DNA from: a virus
Taxonomy: Duplodnaviria > Caudoviricetes
IMG/VR virus record: IMGVR_UViG_3300028025_004323
Location: 1-59,583 of that record
Direction: 5' to 3' (one strand)
DNA length: 59,583 bases
Shown here: positions 1 through 11,551 of the stretch, piece by piece
How the letters are laid out: each line of letters begins with the position of its first letter
Position numbering within the stretch: the first letter of the stretch is position 1
Notes under the pieces: generated by a model
Told to the model about the DNA's origin: nothing
Databases searched by the model: none
What the model saw: the letters and a program-made list of their open reading frames with translations, nothing else
Program-made: the position numbers and the translations under genes

Positions 1-150
1 TTTGTGGAACAACCAACCGTTTATTCTGATGTTTTTGTTGAAAGAGGTAAACAAGGTGTGATGGAAGTGAACCTAAGATTAGGTGAAGTTGACAATATGG
101 GAGAACTAAGTGTGTATAGTGGAGGGTATTTTAAAGTGAAAAAACAATAA
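1..150 (+). CDS. 3' end of a hypothetical (probably virion structural) protein, truncated by the window edge
   Basis: Frame 1 is open from base 1 (FVEQPTVYSDVFVERGKQGVMEVNLRLGEVDNMGELSVYSGGYFKVKKQ) to TAA at 148-150 and lies directly upstream of the structural genes. Confidence 0.75.
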   Translation, partial: FVEQPTVYSDVFVERGKQGVMEVNLRLGEVDNMGELSVYSGGYFKVKKQ

Positions 151-156
151 AAATTA

Positions 157-164
157 TATTTATA
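157..164 (+). promoter_or_regulatory. Putative late promoter element TATTTATA
   Basis: TATTTATA lies about 12 nt upstream of ATG 176; the same motif recurs before most structural genes in the window. Confidence 0.55.
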
Positions 165-175
165 AATAAAAAGAT

Positions 176-1099
176 ATGGCAGTAGGAAGTTATGGTATAG
201 TAAGACCCGCAGATGTATCACCAGAAGATGTTGAGATTTTATATCATTATACTTCTGGTAGAACAACCACGGCACCAATTACCTTGACAAGATTGAATGC
301 TGAGGACGTTTTAACACCAGTATACCACAATGCAAATACTGTTGATGATTCTAATGTCCAAGGAAATGAAATCTTGGGAGGTTTGTACAATTTAAAGTTA
401 ACAGCTGAGAAATTCTCAGAACTTGGTGTTTACACATTACATCTTAGACCAAAACAAATTAGAACCTCAATCACAGATTGTGGAGTCTTAGCATCATTAC
501 CATCTGTTAGGGGTTTAGTTATCGATTTAAATAACGTACCTGCGGCATATAGAAATAGATTTACACCACAAGGTTTAGTTGGTTATAGAATTGAATATAT
601 TAACACAAATAGTTTCCAAAAAATACCAAACTTTTACAGAGTTGTTACATCCTCATTTTATTGTCAACCAATAGTATCAAATTTATCCAATTCAACAGAT
701 AAAGCAATACGTTACCAATATACTGACCAAACATCAAATTTGGTGTTTTTAACAATAACACCTTCATCATCACCATCGAGTAGACCGAATGTGGTTCCAT
801 TTATTGGACAACCTGGACAAAATATTATTCTAACAAATACATTTTTTAATCCAACCACACTTGAAATAGAAATGGTAGAACATGATGCAAGTACATTGGC
901 TCACGCTCTATACGGTAATCAAACTAAGGCGATTACTCCAGGCATCTACACTATCTATGACAACAATAACAATAACGCAATATACAAACAATTTAACTTG
1001 TATGAAGTTAAAGACCAATTCAATGAAACGATGTATGAGGTTAGAGAAGAGAGAGAAATCATTGATGAAAGTTTAGACTTTGACAACATTACCGAATAA
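176..1099 (+). CDS. Hypothetical virion structural protein (baseplate region)
   Basis: 307 aa ORF preceded by TATTTATA; its stop overlaps the start of the next gene. Confidence 0.6.
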   Translation: MAVGSYGIVRPADVSPEDVEILYHYTSGRTTTAPITLTRLNAEDVLTPVYHNANTVDDSNVQGNEILGGLYNLKLTAEKFSELGVYTLHLRPKQIRTSITDCGVLASLPSVRGLVIDLNNVPAAYRNRFTPQGLVGYRIEYINTNSFQKIPNFYRVVTSSFYCQPIVSNLSNSTDKAIRYQYTDQTSNLVFLTITPSSSPSSRPNVVPFIGQPGQNIILTNTFFNPTTLEIEMVEHDASTLAHALYGNQTKAITPGIYTIYDNNNNNAIYKQFNLYEVKDQFNETMYEVREEREIIDESLDFDNITE

Positions 1100-4000
1100 T
1101 GGCAAAATTTACAAAGGTACCAAGCCAAGCGGCGAATGGATTACAAACGTTTAGTGATAGTTTAGTCGGTGTACAAATTACCGACGGTAGCAGTCAATTA
1201 ACCAATACCAACTTTGCGTTAGATAAAATTATCCCACAAAGAGATAGTAAAAATTTTAAAACGTCACCATTTTCGGATTTCTTAACGTTAGATTCATTAA
1301 AAGAAGAGACAACTGCTGTAACTACACAAGACGGTGTTGCGGAGAAAAAAGAAAGTATTAAATTCAAAGGTAGTACTGACGATGCGGGTAAATCTTTATT
1401 CGGTTCATTAAAACAAAGATTAAACGTATCAATTTCAAGAATTGTAAAAAAGTTTCCGGCAGCTCTTTATGTTGATGGTACAATACCTGTTAGAATTTCA
1501 GATTATACTGCACAGAACATCACATACGATACAATATCAAAAACAACACAGTTTGAGATAGAAAAATCAAGTTTATATAATCCATTTGATATTGTTATTA
1601 ACGAACCACAAAGTTTAACAATTAGTGAGACAAGTAACAATTTTAGAAATTTTTATTCCACATATAAAAAATACGTTGTAGATTATAGTGGAACAACTTA
1701 TGATATATTATCATATTCCGAACCAACAAGTACCACAAATATTACTTTAAAGGTTTCAGGTAATCCATTTAGTGGAGTTACAGGAACTACAAATAGTTTT
1801 TTAATTAGACCCAATAATGGGGTAACTGAAGAGTTCTTTAATAATTTAGATGACTTAGAAGAACTTTTACTTAATAGAGAAACCAATCCAAAATACGAGG
1901 CAAGTTTTAAAGTACCAAGAGATAGTTCTGATGGAGGAACAACAGATATTATTACTGTTGAAGTTAATTGGCCGTTAGCGTTAGATGGATGGAACTTACA
2001 AACTGTAGGTTTAGATTTTGATGATTACATTTCAAAATTAAGTGATTTAGCTGACGAGATAGATGATTATAAATCTAACTTAGTTGTTAGATTTTTAGCT
2101 GCACCACAGTTATTTGAATTCGACACAAATGACAAAAAGGGAGAAACAATATTTCAATTATATGGACAAAGTTTTGATAGGGTAAAAAAATATATTGATA
2201 ACATTGCTAACATGAGAAATGTTACATATGATGGTATTAATAATGTTCCCGATTTATTATTAAAGAATTTATCAGATAATTTAGGGTTAGATTCACATAA
2301 TTTATTTAACGAACAAAATATAGAAGATACTTTATACACAAGACAAAATAGTGTATATGGAGGACAATCAATTGGTAAAAACTTAATTGAATCTGAACAT
2401 GAATTTTATAGAAGATTATTAGTTAATCTTTCACACATTTATAAATCAAAAGGTACAAGGAACTCAATAGAATTCTTTTTAAGATTTTTAGGAGCACCTG
2501 AACCAATGATTAAAATAAACGAGTACGTTTATAAAGTAAAATCTAAATTAAATGATAACGTACAAAGTGACGTTTATAATTTAATACAAGGTACAAAAAC
2601 CGAATATGTTATTACTGGTTATACAGGTAGTGAGTTTAATGGAGGTACAATAACAGGTACAACTAATTTAACTAGAGATGAATATCCGGTTGATACCGAT
2701 GGACTACCTAGAAAAATAACAAATGTAAAAGATGATATTTTTTTCCAAAAGGGTTCAGGTTGGTATGATTTAACATTAAGTCATAGGTCTTCAGATGTTT
2801 TAGACGAAAGTACATCTAGCGGTACAACTATCAATGGAGTTTTCCAATTAACAGGAAGAACTAAAACTATAAAAACTAAATCTAAAGATTATACATACGG
2901 TGAGGATTATTTTAATTATTTTAGAATATTACCTGGATTAGAATATGGTTTTGAATTAGAACCTAAAATAGACAATTTAAAAATAAGTGTTAGTGATGAC
3001 GAATACGATTCTAAATTAATTCTTAATAGAAAGAACATTGGTGTTTATTTATCTTCCGCGCAATGCATCGAATATGACATTTATAGACAATCAAGAAATT
3101 TAGAAATTTCAATCGGGGGAATTACACCACAATATACGTCAGGTGTAACATTCGAAGAATTTACTAAAGAAGTTTTAAATGGTTTTATTTCTACAAGTGA
3201 ATCAAAATATAATAAATCATACTTTACATTAGAACAGGTTTATAATGAATATGTAAAGAATACAAATTTTGTTCCTTTTAATGACGTTGATTTAAATGAG
3301 TTCATAACTAAGATGAGTCCTAATTGGATGAAAATTATTGAACAGTTTATTCCTGCAACAACTTTATGGACAGGTGGTAATTTAACTGAAAATAATTTAT
3401 TTAATAGGTCAAAACACACATATCTTAGACCAAGATATGCAATACCTAATGACAATTCAAGAGACGGTTTAGATTATCAGTGTGATGATATAATGCCGTT
3501 AACACCTACACCAACCCCAACACAAACCAAAACTCAAACACCAACACCAACACCAACTAAAACACAAACACCAACACCAACACAAACTGTCACACCAACA
3601 CAAACAGCAACACCTACACCTACACCAACCCTAACGATTACACCAACGGAAACACCAGCAGCCACACAGACTCAAACTCCGGCAGCCACACAGACCCAAA
3701 CACCTACATCGACACCTGCAGCCACACAGACCCAAACGCCAACTTCCACACCACCGGTTAGTGGTTATAGTTTACAAATATATGTTAGAGATATAGATGC
3801 AACACCATCTACATTAACATTATTCTATAGTAAAAATGGTGGAGGTTCTATAAATGTGCCAGGTGCCACGGCAACAACATTATCAGGAACTTGTACATTT
3901 GTTCATACTATAACAGGTTTAAGTTTAAATGATAGTATTGTGTTTGGAACAAGTGTTACATGTGTTATGAATGGAAATGGATCATCATCAACTTGTCCTT

Positions 4001-5946
4001 TTTCATCAGGAAGTGATACAACATTTACATATGTAATTGATGCACCAACAATACAACAAGTTGCATTGACAATAGATAGTGGTACAATACCATCACCATC
4101 ATCACCGCCACCTGAAAATAGAACCGCATATGTTACTGCGTGGACAAGAGATACAGTTGATTTAACAACAATTAAGTCGGAAGTATGTGGTGTAAACGAA
4201 CAACAATTATCTATAAATCTTGGATATACCCAATTAAATAGTGGTAACCTTTATGTAAATGAAACAAGTATCACATCAGGAACAACATATCAATTATACA
4301 CTAGTAATGTAACAACCAATGGTACAACACCTGATGGTGTCGGTAAATGGTATGCAATTAAAATACAAGGAGCTTCGGGTAACTTTACAACAATAGCATC
4401 AATTAATAGTAGTGGAGTTATACAAGACTGGACATCATGCACTACCTCACCACCACCATCACCATCATACGGTATAAGTGTAAGTCCAGATAGTCGAGAT
4501 GACTTAGGAGGTGCGTTTACCGCAACAGTAACTGCTGCGAATATTTCATTCCCTCAAACGCTTTATATCACCATATTAAGTACATCTGGAACGGTTAATT
4601 TAAATGACTTTCAAAATAATTTCCCATCAACAATTACATTGAATCAATCAGGACAAGAATATTCATTCTCATTAGCTGAAGACCAATTAACCGAAGGTAC
4701 TGAGAAATTTAAATTAGAACTTAGAAGTGGAAGTGCTTCTGGAACCGTATTGTACACATCAAATGAAGTGACAATTACCGACGGTTCATTAAGTCCTGTT
4801 TATTATCAATTATCACCTTGTGCAGGTGGGTCTAATGTTTACTCAATACTTAAACCACCGGGAACATTTACTAGCGGACAGAGAGTAATGGGAAGTTCAG
4901 ATACCTATTATGTTGCGGGAAATACATTTACCGTAGACCCTGACCCTAATGGAACTAAGTATGATGTTACTGCCGTTTCACCAAGTATCAATGGTTGTCC
5001 TGAAGTGACACAACCACCTGCACCACCAGTAGCATTGGATTTTAATATTACAGGTGGATGTTTAGGTGGATCTGGAACGGGTACAATAAGTATTGGGTCT
5101 TTTACCGGTGGAACAAATTCTTATAGTAGTGTCAAAATTGGAAATACTGAATCAAATGCTGCAACGTCATCACCAATTGATTTAAATAGTGATACTTCTT
5201 ATTATTGGTCAAATTTAGCAAATGGAACTTGGTATGTTTTATTGTACGATAGTAATGGTACTTCTAAAATGAAATCTGTAACAATTAGTTGTAACACACC
5301 TGTACCATCACCATCACCAACACCAACACAAACACCAGTATCAACAGCACCTACTTATTTAACATCTCTTGGGGCAAGATGGGAATGTAATAGTGGTACT
5401 GTTTACCAATACGATATATATCAAAATACTAATCCGAACTTCACAGGAGATCAATATAGAAACGGAACAAGCGGAACTCAAACATTTGCATCAATTGATG
5501 CAATGTTAAGTTCAGCACCAAGTACCTCAGCTAATTGGGTTAATTCGGGTTCACCATATTGCTCAATAGGGGTTCAATATCAACTAAAAATTAATAATAA
5601 TCCATGTTCATCAACATATAATACGACGGATGCAGTTGCAACAGGTAATAATTCAACATGTTGGCAAATGTCCGATCTTTATTATTTAACATGTGCCAAT
5701 GCCAAATCATTAACTAGCCCGTACCAATCGTTTGTACTAAATGGTACTTATAAATATTTTTTAAATGGAACCACCCCAACAGAATGGGAAGATTCGGGAT
5801 TAGTTATGCAAGGCGAATGGTTTTTTAACGACCAATTCGGATCACATCAAAGAATATTTAATGATGATGGAACAATTCGTAACACAGACACTGCCGAATG
5901 TGTGGTTGGTGGCGGTGATGGAGGTGACCCACTTCCAGGAGGTTGA
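1099..5946 (+). CDS. Large baseplate wedge/tail-associated protein with a Pro-Thr linker and C-terminal beta-rich/Cys-containing surface domains
   Basis: 1615 aa. '[19 protein letters not shown]' resembles the KGT motif of baseplate wedge/tail-P2-I-like proteins. It has a (TP)n linker, a Calx-beta-like '[15 protein letters not shown]' segment and Cys-rich C-terminal modules. Confidence 0.55.
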   Translation: MAKFTKVPSQAANGLQTFSDSLVGVQITDGSSQLTNTNFALDKIIPQRDSKNFKTSPFSDFLTLDSLKEETTAVTTQDGVAEKKESIKFKGSTDDAGKSLFGSLKQRLNVSISRIVKKFPAALYVDGTIPVRISDYTAQNITYDTISKTTQFEIEKSSLYNPFDIVINEPQSLTISETSNNFRNFYSTYKKYVVDYSGTTYDILSYSEPTSTTNITLKVSGNPFSGVTGTTNSFLIRPNNGVTEEFFNNLDDLEELLLNRETNPKYEASFKVPRDSSDGGTTDIITVEVNWPLALDGWNLQTVGLDFDDYISKLSDLADEIDDYKSNLVVRFLAAPQLFEFDTNDKKGETIFQLYGQSFDRVKKYIDNIANMRNVTYDGINNVPDLLLKNLSDNLGLDSHNLFNEQNIEDTLYTRQNSVYGGQSIGKNLIESEHEFYRRLLVNLSHIYKSKGTRNSIEFFLRFLGAPEPMIKINEYVYKVKSKLNDNVQSDVYNLIQGTKTEYVITGYTGSEFNGGTITGTTNLTRDEYPVDTDGLPRKITNVKDDIFFQKGSGWYDLTLSHRSSDVLDESTSSGTTINGVFQLTGRTKTIKTKSKDYTYGEDYFNYFRILPGLEYGFELEPKIDNLKISVSDDEYDSKLILNRKNIGVYLSSAQCIEYDIYRQSRNLEISIGGITPQYTSGVTFEEFTKEVLNGFISTSESKYNKSYFTLEQVYNEYVKNTNFVPFNDVDLNEFITKMSPNWMKIIEQFIPATTLWTGGNLTENNLFNRSKHTYLRPRYAIPNDNSRDGLDYQCDDIMPLTPTPTPTQTKTQTPTPTPTKTQTPTPTQTVTPTQTATPTPTPTLTITPTETPAATQTQTPAATQTQTPTSTPAATQTQTPTSTPPVSGYSLQIYVRDIDATPSTLTLFYSKNGGGSINVPGATATTLSGTCTFVHTITGLSLNDSIVFGTSVTCVMNGNGSSSTCPFSSGSDTTFTYVIDAPTIQQVALTIDSGTIPSPSSPPPENRTAYVTAWTRDTVDLTTIKSEVCGVNEQQLSINLGYTQLNSGNLYVNETSITSGTTYQLYTSNVTTNGTTPDGVGKWYAIKIQGASGNFTTIASINSSGVIQDWTSCTTSPPPSPSYGISVSPDSRDDLGGAFTATVTAANISFPQTLYITILSTSGTVNLNDFQNNFPSTITLNQSGQEYSFSLAEDQLTEGTEKFKLELRSGSASGTVLYTSNEVTITDGSLSPVYYQLSPCAGGSNVYSILKPPGTFTSGQRVMGSSDTYYVAGNTFTVDPDPNGTKYDVTAVSPSINGCPEVTQPPAPPVALDFNITGGCLGGSGTGTISIGSFTGGTNSYSSVKIGNTESNAATSSPIDLNSDTSYYWSNLANGTWYVLLYDSNGTSKMKSVTISCNTPVPSPSPTPTQTPVSTAPTYLTSLGARWECNSGTVYQYDIYQNTNPNFTGDQYRNGTSGTQTFASIDAMLSSAPSTSANWVNSGSPYCSIGVQYQLKINNNPCSSTYNTTDAVATGNNSTCWQMSDLYYLTCANAKSLTSPYQSFVLNGTYKYFLNGTTPTEWEDSGLVMQGEWFFNDQFGSHQRIFNDDGTIRNTDTAECVVGGGDGGDPLPGG
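3500..3757 (+). repeat. Coding low-complexity Thr-Pro/TQT repeats, including three GCCACACAGAC units
   Basis: [18 protein letters not shown]...[29 protein letters not shown]; ACACCA-type DNA repeats are visible. Confidence 0.85.
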
Positions 5947-5982
5947 TAAAAATAAAACAATTACAAATAATATTTATAAAAT

Positions 5983-7602
5983 ATGAGTTTCTTAAATACA
6001 GGGTTTACACCCACAGTTTCAGCAAGATTAACTAAGGCAGGTAGAAATGCCATTGCTAAAGGTGATTTCTTAATTAGTTATTTTTCTATAGGTGATTCTG
6101 AATATAATTATAATTTAAGCGGTCTTACAAGTCAACGAGTATTCGCACCACTTGATAAAAATACACATGTTAAGTACCCATTTTTATATTCAGCAACCGG
6201 TTCCACAATTTATGGTATCCCCGTTGAAAGTCCAGATGATGAAAATCAACAATGTAGAAATATAATCACAGCGAATAGTGGATGGACATTAAACACAGTT
6301 TGGGAAAATAAACCATTAGGTGTTAGTGATACAATAGCATTAAAAGACTATCAAAGCAATGTTTATAGTGGTGTTAAAAGTTATTTAGGATACACATCTT
6401 CAACAGGTCAAACTTTTGTTAACTATTCGGGAGGAACAATAACAGGTACAACAATAAGAAACACAATGTTAGAAGAGGTTGAAATATTACCTGAAGAACA
6501 AAATTCAATTGCAATTTTACATTATTCAGAAAGTGGTACTACAGTTGACCCGTATAAGTTTTTTAAATATGATGACTATATTAGTAATTATAGCGGTACT
6601 CCAATATATGATACAACTAAAAATCCTAGTAATAAAAAAGATGTTGATTTTTTTGAAGTTACAATACCAAATTTAATGTATCATAGATTAAGTGATAATT
6701 CCACAGGTACAGTATTTCATATGAGTACGGGAAAAACAAAATCAGTAACAAGTGAATATAATTCAGACTTCCAACTTGATTATGTTGATTTATTAGACGT
6801 TAATGAATATAGTGTCGGTAAAATTTTCTTTAATCAAAAAATTATAGTATTTGATGACCAAGAAATTGTTGCCGCTTTAGATACAGGTTCTACCAGAAAT
6901 TATACACTTACAGCACCAAAAGTTAGTAGTTATATTACAAATGATGACCCAATTACAGGTTTAACGACAGGTCAAACGTTATGGGTAACATATGTTTTAA
7001 ATGGAGGTACAGTGTCAGGAGATTTACCTTGTAGTTATTTTATGAAAGTAACGGGTACAACTAATGATGAAAATGTTAGCGTTAAATTTAATAGCGGAGG
7101 ATTTAAACATTTAAATAGTGGTTATAATGCAACACAAATTCATATACTACACCAATTTACAGATAACGGAAAACAACCAGACCCAAATCTATGGTACAGT
7201 AAAAATTATACAAATGAGTTATCAAGTATAAACGATTTAAAAACAGGATTCTCATTTATATTAAATGAGACTAAAATAGACGAGGCAGAAAATAATGGAT
7301 ATTACGTTTCTTCTTTAACAAATTTTGGAAAAGAAAGGACGTATAGTGAAGGGACTATAAGTGTGGTTACCGGAACTGACGTTCAAGTAATGAATTTTGT
7401 TATTAACTTACCTGACGGTAAATTCACAACATCTCAAAACCCAACAAAATATAATCCAAATGGTACTGAAAAACCTGGATATAAATATATTACTGAAGTT
7501 GCTTTATTAAATTCAAATAAAGAAACAATGGTTACGGGTAAGTTTAGTGCACCCACAAAAAGAGAGGCCATTCAAGTTTTTAATGTAAAACTTGATTTCT
7601 AA
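5983..7602 (+). CDS. Baseplate/tail-collar fibre attachment-like structural protein
   Basis: N-terminal 'LTKAGRNAIAKG' and C-terminal 'YITEVALLNSNKETMVTGKFSAPTKR' resemble tail-collar/baseplate fibre-anchor domains; TATTTATA at 5971. Confidence 0.55.
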   Translation: MSFLNTGFTPTVSARLTKAGRNAIAKGDFLISYFSIGDSEYNYNLSGLTSQRVFAPLDKNTHVKYPFLYSATGSTIYGIPVESPDDENQQCRNIITANSGWTLNTVWENKPLGVSDTIALKDYQSNVYSGVKSYLGYTSSTGQTFVNYSGGTITGTTIRNTMLEEVEILPEEQNSIAILHYSESGTTVDPYKFFKYDDYISNYSGTPIYDTTKNPSNKKDVDFFEVTIPNLMYHRLSDNSTGTVFHMSTGKTKSVTSEYNSDFQLDYVDLLDVNEYSVGKIFFNQKIIVFDDQEIVAALDTGSTRNYTLTAPKVSSYITNDDPITGLTTGQTLWVTYVLNGGTVSGDLPCSYFMKVTGTTNDENVSVKFNSGGFKHLNSGYNATQIHILHQFTDNGKQPDPNLWYSKNYTNELSSINDLKTGFSFILNETKIDEAENNGYYVSSLTNFGKERTYSEGTISVVTGTDVQVMNFVINLPDGKFTTSQNPTKYNPNGTEKPGYKYITEVALLNSNKETMVTGKFSAPTKREAIQVFNVKLDF

Positions 7603-7641
7603 GGCTTTACATTTCTAAAAATATTCATTATATATTGTTAT

Positions 7642-8259
7642 ATGAGTATAGATGTAAAATTAAAAAACAAGCCAAAAATCTTAGGACTCGATATTTCGAC
7701 CAAGACAATTGGGTGGGCACTGTTCGATATGACAGGGTCTAAATTATTAGAATTAACACATTTTTCCCCAAAAATCAAACCTCAACCTGAGGACAAGATT
7801 GAAGAATTAATCTTAAAGGCGGAAGCATTTAAAAAACACTTATTAGGTTATAAAGATGTTGGTATTACCCGAGTTATAATTGAGGAACCATTATTACAAT
7901 CAAATAATGTTTACACAATTGGAACCCTATTAAGATATAACACGTTGATTCTTAAGTCATGTTACGACGTGTTAGGAATTTTACCAACATTTATTTCAAC
8001 ATATAATTCAAGAAAATTTGCGTTTCCTGATTTAGTTGGAGCGAACGACAAAGGTCGTAATGTTTTATTTGGTGGTTATCCAAGAGACATTGATAAGAAA
8101 CACGTAATTTGGGAACATGTAAATGCAGTTTGTCCTGATGTTAATTGGTTATACGGTAAAACGGGTAATCTTAAAAAAGAAAATTACGATATGGCCGATG
8201 CTGCAACTTGTGTGATTGGTTATGTTAACATGAACAAATTAGAAAAATCCGGCAACTAG
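7642..8259 (+). CDS. ruvC: RuvC-like Holliday junction resolvase
   Basis: RNase H-fold motifs 'ILGLDISTKTIGWA' (D), 'VIIEEP' (E) and 'YDMADA' (D/D). Confidence 0.8.
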   Translation: MSIDVKLKNKPKILGLDISTKTIGWALFDMTGSKLLELTHFSPKIKPQPEDKIEELILKAEAFKKHLLGYKDVGITRVIIEEPLLQSNNVYTIGTLLRYNTLILKSCYDVLGILPTFISTYNSRKFAFPDLVGANDKGRNVLFGGYPRDIDKKHVIWEHVNAVCPDVNWLYGKTGNLKKENYDMADAATCVIGYVNMNKLEKSGN

Positions 8260-8297
8260 TATTTTACTTTACCGATTGTTTATCATATATTTATAAA

Positions 8298-8370
8298 AGA
8301 AGACGGGAAGTGTAGAAATACACTTTTGGTTGGTTTCCCTCGGAGGTGGTGTTCCGGGGGATTTTTTTTT
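8298..8370 (+). ncRNA. Candidate small structured RNA: GAAA-tetraloop hairpin followed by a terminator hairpin and U9
   Basis: GC-rich island in an AT-rich intergenic region. It has an AAGTGTA-GAAA-TACACTT stem, a TCCCTCGGA/TCCGGGGGA stem followed by T9, and promoter-like TATATTTATA at 8286-8295. Confidence 0.4.
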
Positions 8371-8399
8371 ATCAATTTTTTTACATATATTTCTATAGT

Positions 8400-9344
8400 A
8401 TGGTAAATCAAGAAGTTGACTATTCTCCTGTTATTGAAATTCTCGAAGATATTTTGGGTGACTCTAATATGCATAATGATTATAAAGGACAGATGTCTTT
8501 TGATTGTCCAGTGTGTTCATATGACATAAAAGGATTGGACCACGGTGACGGAAAAGGAAATTTAGAGGTCAACTACAAATACAATGTTTTTAAATGTTGG
8601 GTGTGTGCCGAATCACACGAAACTCACGGATCAATTTTTAAATTGGTTAAAAAATTCGGCAATCCAAAACAATTAAAAAATTATCTATTATTGAAACCTG
8701 ACGAAGGTGAAGATTTTAGTAAACGTGTTTATAAAACAGTAAAACTACCCCAAGACTTCATACCATTTAAAGAAGCGAGTGAGGGTCTTAAAATGACACC
8801 ATATTATAAACAAGCATACAACTATATAAAAAGTAGAAACATAACAGACTTAATGGTACAGATGTACAACATTGGTTTTTGTTATAGAGGTATCTACGAA
8901 AATAGAATTATCATCCCATCGTATGATTGTGAAAGGAGAATTAATTATTTTATTGCACGTTCTTATTTGAATAGAACAAAGATGAAATATAAGAATCCTG
9001 AGGCACAAAAAGAACTTATCATATTCAACGAGTACTTGGTTGATTGGAATGAAACAATATACATTGTGGAGGGAGCATTTGATAGTATATTCATACCTAA
9101 CGCAATTCCATTGTTAGGAAAATTTATGAGTGACCATTTATTTCACACTCTATATGAAAAGGTTAAAGGTAAAATAATCATTGTTCTTGACCCAGATGCT
9201 TGGAGTGATGCCGAAAGATTATATCATAAATTAAATTGTGGTAAATTAATGGGTAGGGTCTTTGCCATTAAATTAGAGGGTGATAAAGATATTGCCGACT
9301 TACAAGGAAAATTAGAAAATTATAAAATAAAACAACTAGATTAA
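8400..9344 (+). CDS. dnaG: DNA primase (zinc finger + TOPRIM)
   Basis: CPVC...CWVC zinc-binding domain, 'IYIVEGAFD' TOPRIM glutamate, 'VLDPDA' DxD and 'KDIAD'. The start was moved to ATG 8400 because the longer ORF start runs through the terminator hairpin. Confidence 0.85.
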   Translation: MVNQEVDYSPVIEILEDILGDSNMHNDYKGQMSFDCPVCSYDIKGLDHGDGKGNLEVNYKYNVFKCWVCAESHETHGSIFKLVKKFGNPKQLKNYLLLKPDEGEDFSKRVYKTVKLPQDFIPFKEASEGLKMTPYYKQAYNYIKSRNITDLMVQMYNIGFCYRGIYENRIIIPSYDCERRINYFIARSYLNRTKMKYKNPEAQKELIIFNEYLVDWNETIYIVEGAFDSIFIPNAIPLLGKFMSDHLFHTLYEKVKGKIIIVLDPDAWSDAERLYHKLNCGKLMGRVFAIKLEGDKDIADLQGKLENYKIKQLD

Positions 9345-10204
9345 TGAATTTAAAAGACATCTCATTAGAGATTAACGACTTATTAGAAAAGAAAAGACAA
9401 GAATTAGAATTAACATTCATAGAAGAACAACATATCTATCACATGAAAGATGTTGACGGTGTTGTTAAAAAGAATTTTCCTTCAGTTTCTAAAATCATAA
9501 AGAAATTTCATAAACCATTTGATGCTGAAGGTATGGCACTTCGTATGTCAAAAGGAGACCCTGAAGGTCAAGCACAATTACTCGCGGAATGGAAACAAGC
9601 GGGTGACCTATCAACCAACATGGGTAGTAGAGTTCACTTTGAATTGGAATCCGATTTGATTGGTAGGTTTGATAATTACAAAGAAGTTAGACAACCGATA
9701 TTTGAAATCAACGAAGAACAACAACGTAAGAGTGATAATATGATTATTGCGGGAAAACAATTCCTTGATTTAATGTTAGAAAGAGGTGGAGTATTATTAG
9801 ATACTGAAATCGTATTAGGTGATCCTGAAGAACAATACACAGGACAACCTGATAAGGTGTGGTTAATGGAAACTAAAGAGAAAGATAATTTTGGGTTTGT
9901 CATTACCGATTGGAAAACAAATCAACCAAAAAACTTTGAAGTACATCATTATACTGGTAAATTGTACCCACCATTTAACAATTATCATGATAATGCATTA
10001 GGACATTATTATTTACAACTTCCATTATATGGTAGGTTGTTACGTAAAATGTTAAAAGAAACAAAATACAACGATACTAAATTGTTGGGAAATGTTGTGG
10101 TTCTATTAAAAGATGACGGTACATTTGTAGAGTACAAAGTTCCACCCCAAATTAATAATGCAATCCTTACAATGGATTTATCAAACTATATTAAAAGATG
10201 GTAA
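9344..10204 (+). CDS. PD-(D/E)XK exonuclease (Cas4/RecB/AddB-like phage nuclease)
   Basis: 'PSVSKII', 'GSRVH', 'TE...GQPDKV...ITDWKT' and 'YYLQLPLY' motifs. Confidence 0.8.
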   Translation: MNLKDISLEINDLLEKKRQELELTFIEEQHIYHMKDVDGVVKKNFPSVSKIIKKFHKPFDAEGMALRMSKGDPEGQAQLLAEWKQAGDLSTNMGSRVHFELESDLIGRFDNYKEVRQPIFEINEEQQRKSDNMIIAGKQFLDLMLERGGVLLDTEIVLGDPEEQYTGQPDKVWLMETKEKDNFGFVITDWKTNQPKNFEVHHYTGKLYPPFNNYHDNALGHYYLQLPLYGRLLRKMLKETKYNDTKLLGNVVVLLKDDGTFVEYKVPPQINNAILTMDLSNYIKRW

Positions 10205-11022
10205 AAAAAATTATACATATTGCGGATTTACATATCCGCACAATTCAAATGCACGATTTATATAAAGAACAGTTTCAAAAACTGTTGGACGAATTAAGTG
10301 TAAAATTCTTAGAATGGGCAGATGAAAATATATCTCATAACGAAATTAGAATTGTTGTTGCGGGTGATATCGCACATCAAAAAATTAATATCTCAAATGA
10401 ACAATTATTATTAACGAGTTGGTTTTTAAAAGAGTTAACTCGTTTTGGTAAGGTTGTAATCATACCGGGTAATCACGATTTCTTGGAGAATAATACACAA
10501 CGTATGGATAGTATAACACCAGTCGTTCAATTATTAGACAATCAACACATCACATACCTAAAAGATAGTGGTGATTATGTTGATACCGATGGTAGCGTTC
10601 AATGGGTTGTTTATTCATTATATCAACACAACGTAAGACCTGAATTTACAAAACAAGAAGGTTTATTAACGGTTGGACTGTTCCATGGACCTATCATGGG
10701 ATTGTCAACTGATTTGGGATTTGAATTTGAAGATGCGTATGACCGTTTAAACTTTGTTGATTTGGATTTATTGTTATGTGGTGACATTCATAAGAGACAA
10801 CAGTTTACATTACCTAATGGCGGTAAAGCAATTATGGTCGGTAGTCTTATTCAACAAAACTTTGGTGAAACAGTTAAACATCATGGTTACGGAGTTTATG
10901 ACGTAGAGACAGACGGATATACATTTCACGATTTACCAAACGAACAACCATTCCTACATTTCACCATATCAGACATAAAAGACATTGAAAATGGAGAAGA
11001 AGCACACGTTAACCTTGGATAA
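10198..11022 (+). CDS. sbcD: SbcD/Mre11/gp47-like metallophosphoesterase nuclease
   Basis: 'HIADLH', 'AGDIAH', 'PGNHD', 'FHG', 'GDIHKRQ' and 'GSLIQQNFGE' motifs. Confidence 0.85.
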   Translation: MVKKIIHIADLHIRTIQMHDLYKEQFQKLLDELSVKFLEWADENISHNEIRIVVAGDIAHQKINISNEQLLLTSWFLKELTRFGKVVIIPGNHDFLENNTQRMDSITPVVQLLDNQHITYLKDSGDYVDTDGSVQWVVYSLYQHNVRPEFTKQEGLLTVGLFHGPIMGLSTDLGFEFEDAYDRLNFVDLDLLLCGDIHKRQQFTLPNGGKAIMVGSLIQQNFGETVKHHGYGVYDVETDGYTFHDLPNEQPFLHFTISDIKDIENGEEAHVNLG

Positions 11023-11503
11023 AGAGTTTATTCTTTATTGTGAGTTAAATAACATAAAAGATATAAGTAAAATTGCAAACGAAACCTTCAATAGAGGGTT
11101 TTCTTTGTTAAAATATGGTGAAACACCATCAGGAAATATAACTGAAAAAGAAAAAATTGTTGAAGTCATTAAAGAGGTGACAGTTGAAAAAATTATCTAT
11201 CAAGACGTTATTAAAGAGGTGGAAGTTATCAAAGAAATCCCTGTTGATAAAATAGTAGAAGTTATTAAAGAGGTACCTGTTGAAGTAAAAGGGGAAACTC
11301 AAATAATAACTCAAGAAGTAATCAAAGAGGTAATCGTTGAGAAACTAATTGAGGATAATGAATGTAAAAATATGTTAATAACTTTAACAGAAGCAAATAG
11401 TAAATTAAAAGAAGAATTAGATACTTTAACAAACGCATTAAATAAATTCAACAAAGGTTCTTTTATGAAGAATAGTGATTTGAATAGTTTATATGATGAA
11501 TAA
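10985..11503 (+). CDS. Hypothetical protein with VEVIKE repeats and a coiled coil
   Basis: 172 aa with repeated (I/V)EVIKE(V/I)PV units. Confidence 0.7.
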   Translation: MKMEKKHTLTLDKEFILYCELNNIKDISKIANETFNRGFSLLKYGETPSGNITEKEKIVEVIKEVTVEKIIYQDVIKEVEVIKEIPVDKIVEVIKEVPVEVKGETQIITQEVIKEVIVEKLIEDNECKNMLITLTEANSKLKEELDTLTNALNKFNKGSFMKNSDLNSLYDE

Positions 11504-11551
11504 TTTGTTTTTAACAATAAAATTTATTATATTATTATAAAATATATAAAC

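Noticed and set aside
7642-8259. RuvC-fold protein as a TnpB/Cas12-type RNA-guided nuclease
   Set aside because: It is only 205 aa with a contiguous RuvC and no zinc finger, REC or WED regions, and it sits in a replication module. An ordinary resolvase is the simplest call.
8298-8370. tRNA in the GC-rich intergenic island
   Set aside because: It has no cloverleaf, no canonical T-arm/anticodon arrangement and no CCA end. No tRNA or rRNA was recognised anywhere in the window.
8346-8399. Longer primase start at 8346 given in the ORF track
   Set aside because: The extension (VFRGIFFYQFFYIYFYS) overlaps the terminator hairpin, the T-tract and a promoter-like element. ATG 8400 is more plausible.
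9344-10204. Cas4-like nuclease as part of a CRISPR-Cas locus
   Set aside because: No repeat-spacer array, other cas genes or Fe-S cysteine cluster was seen. Intergenic regions are too short to hold an array.
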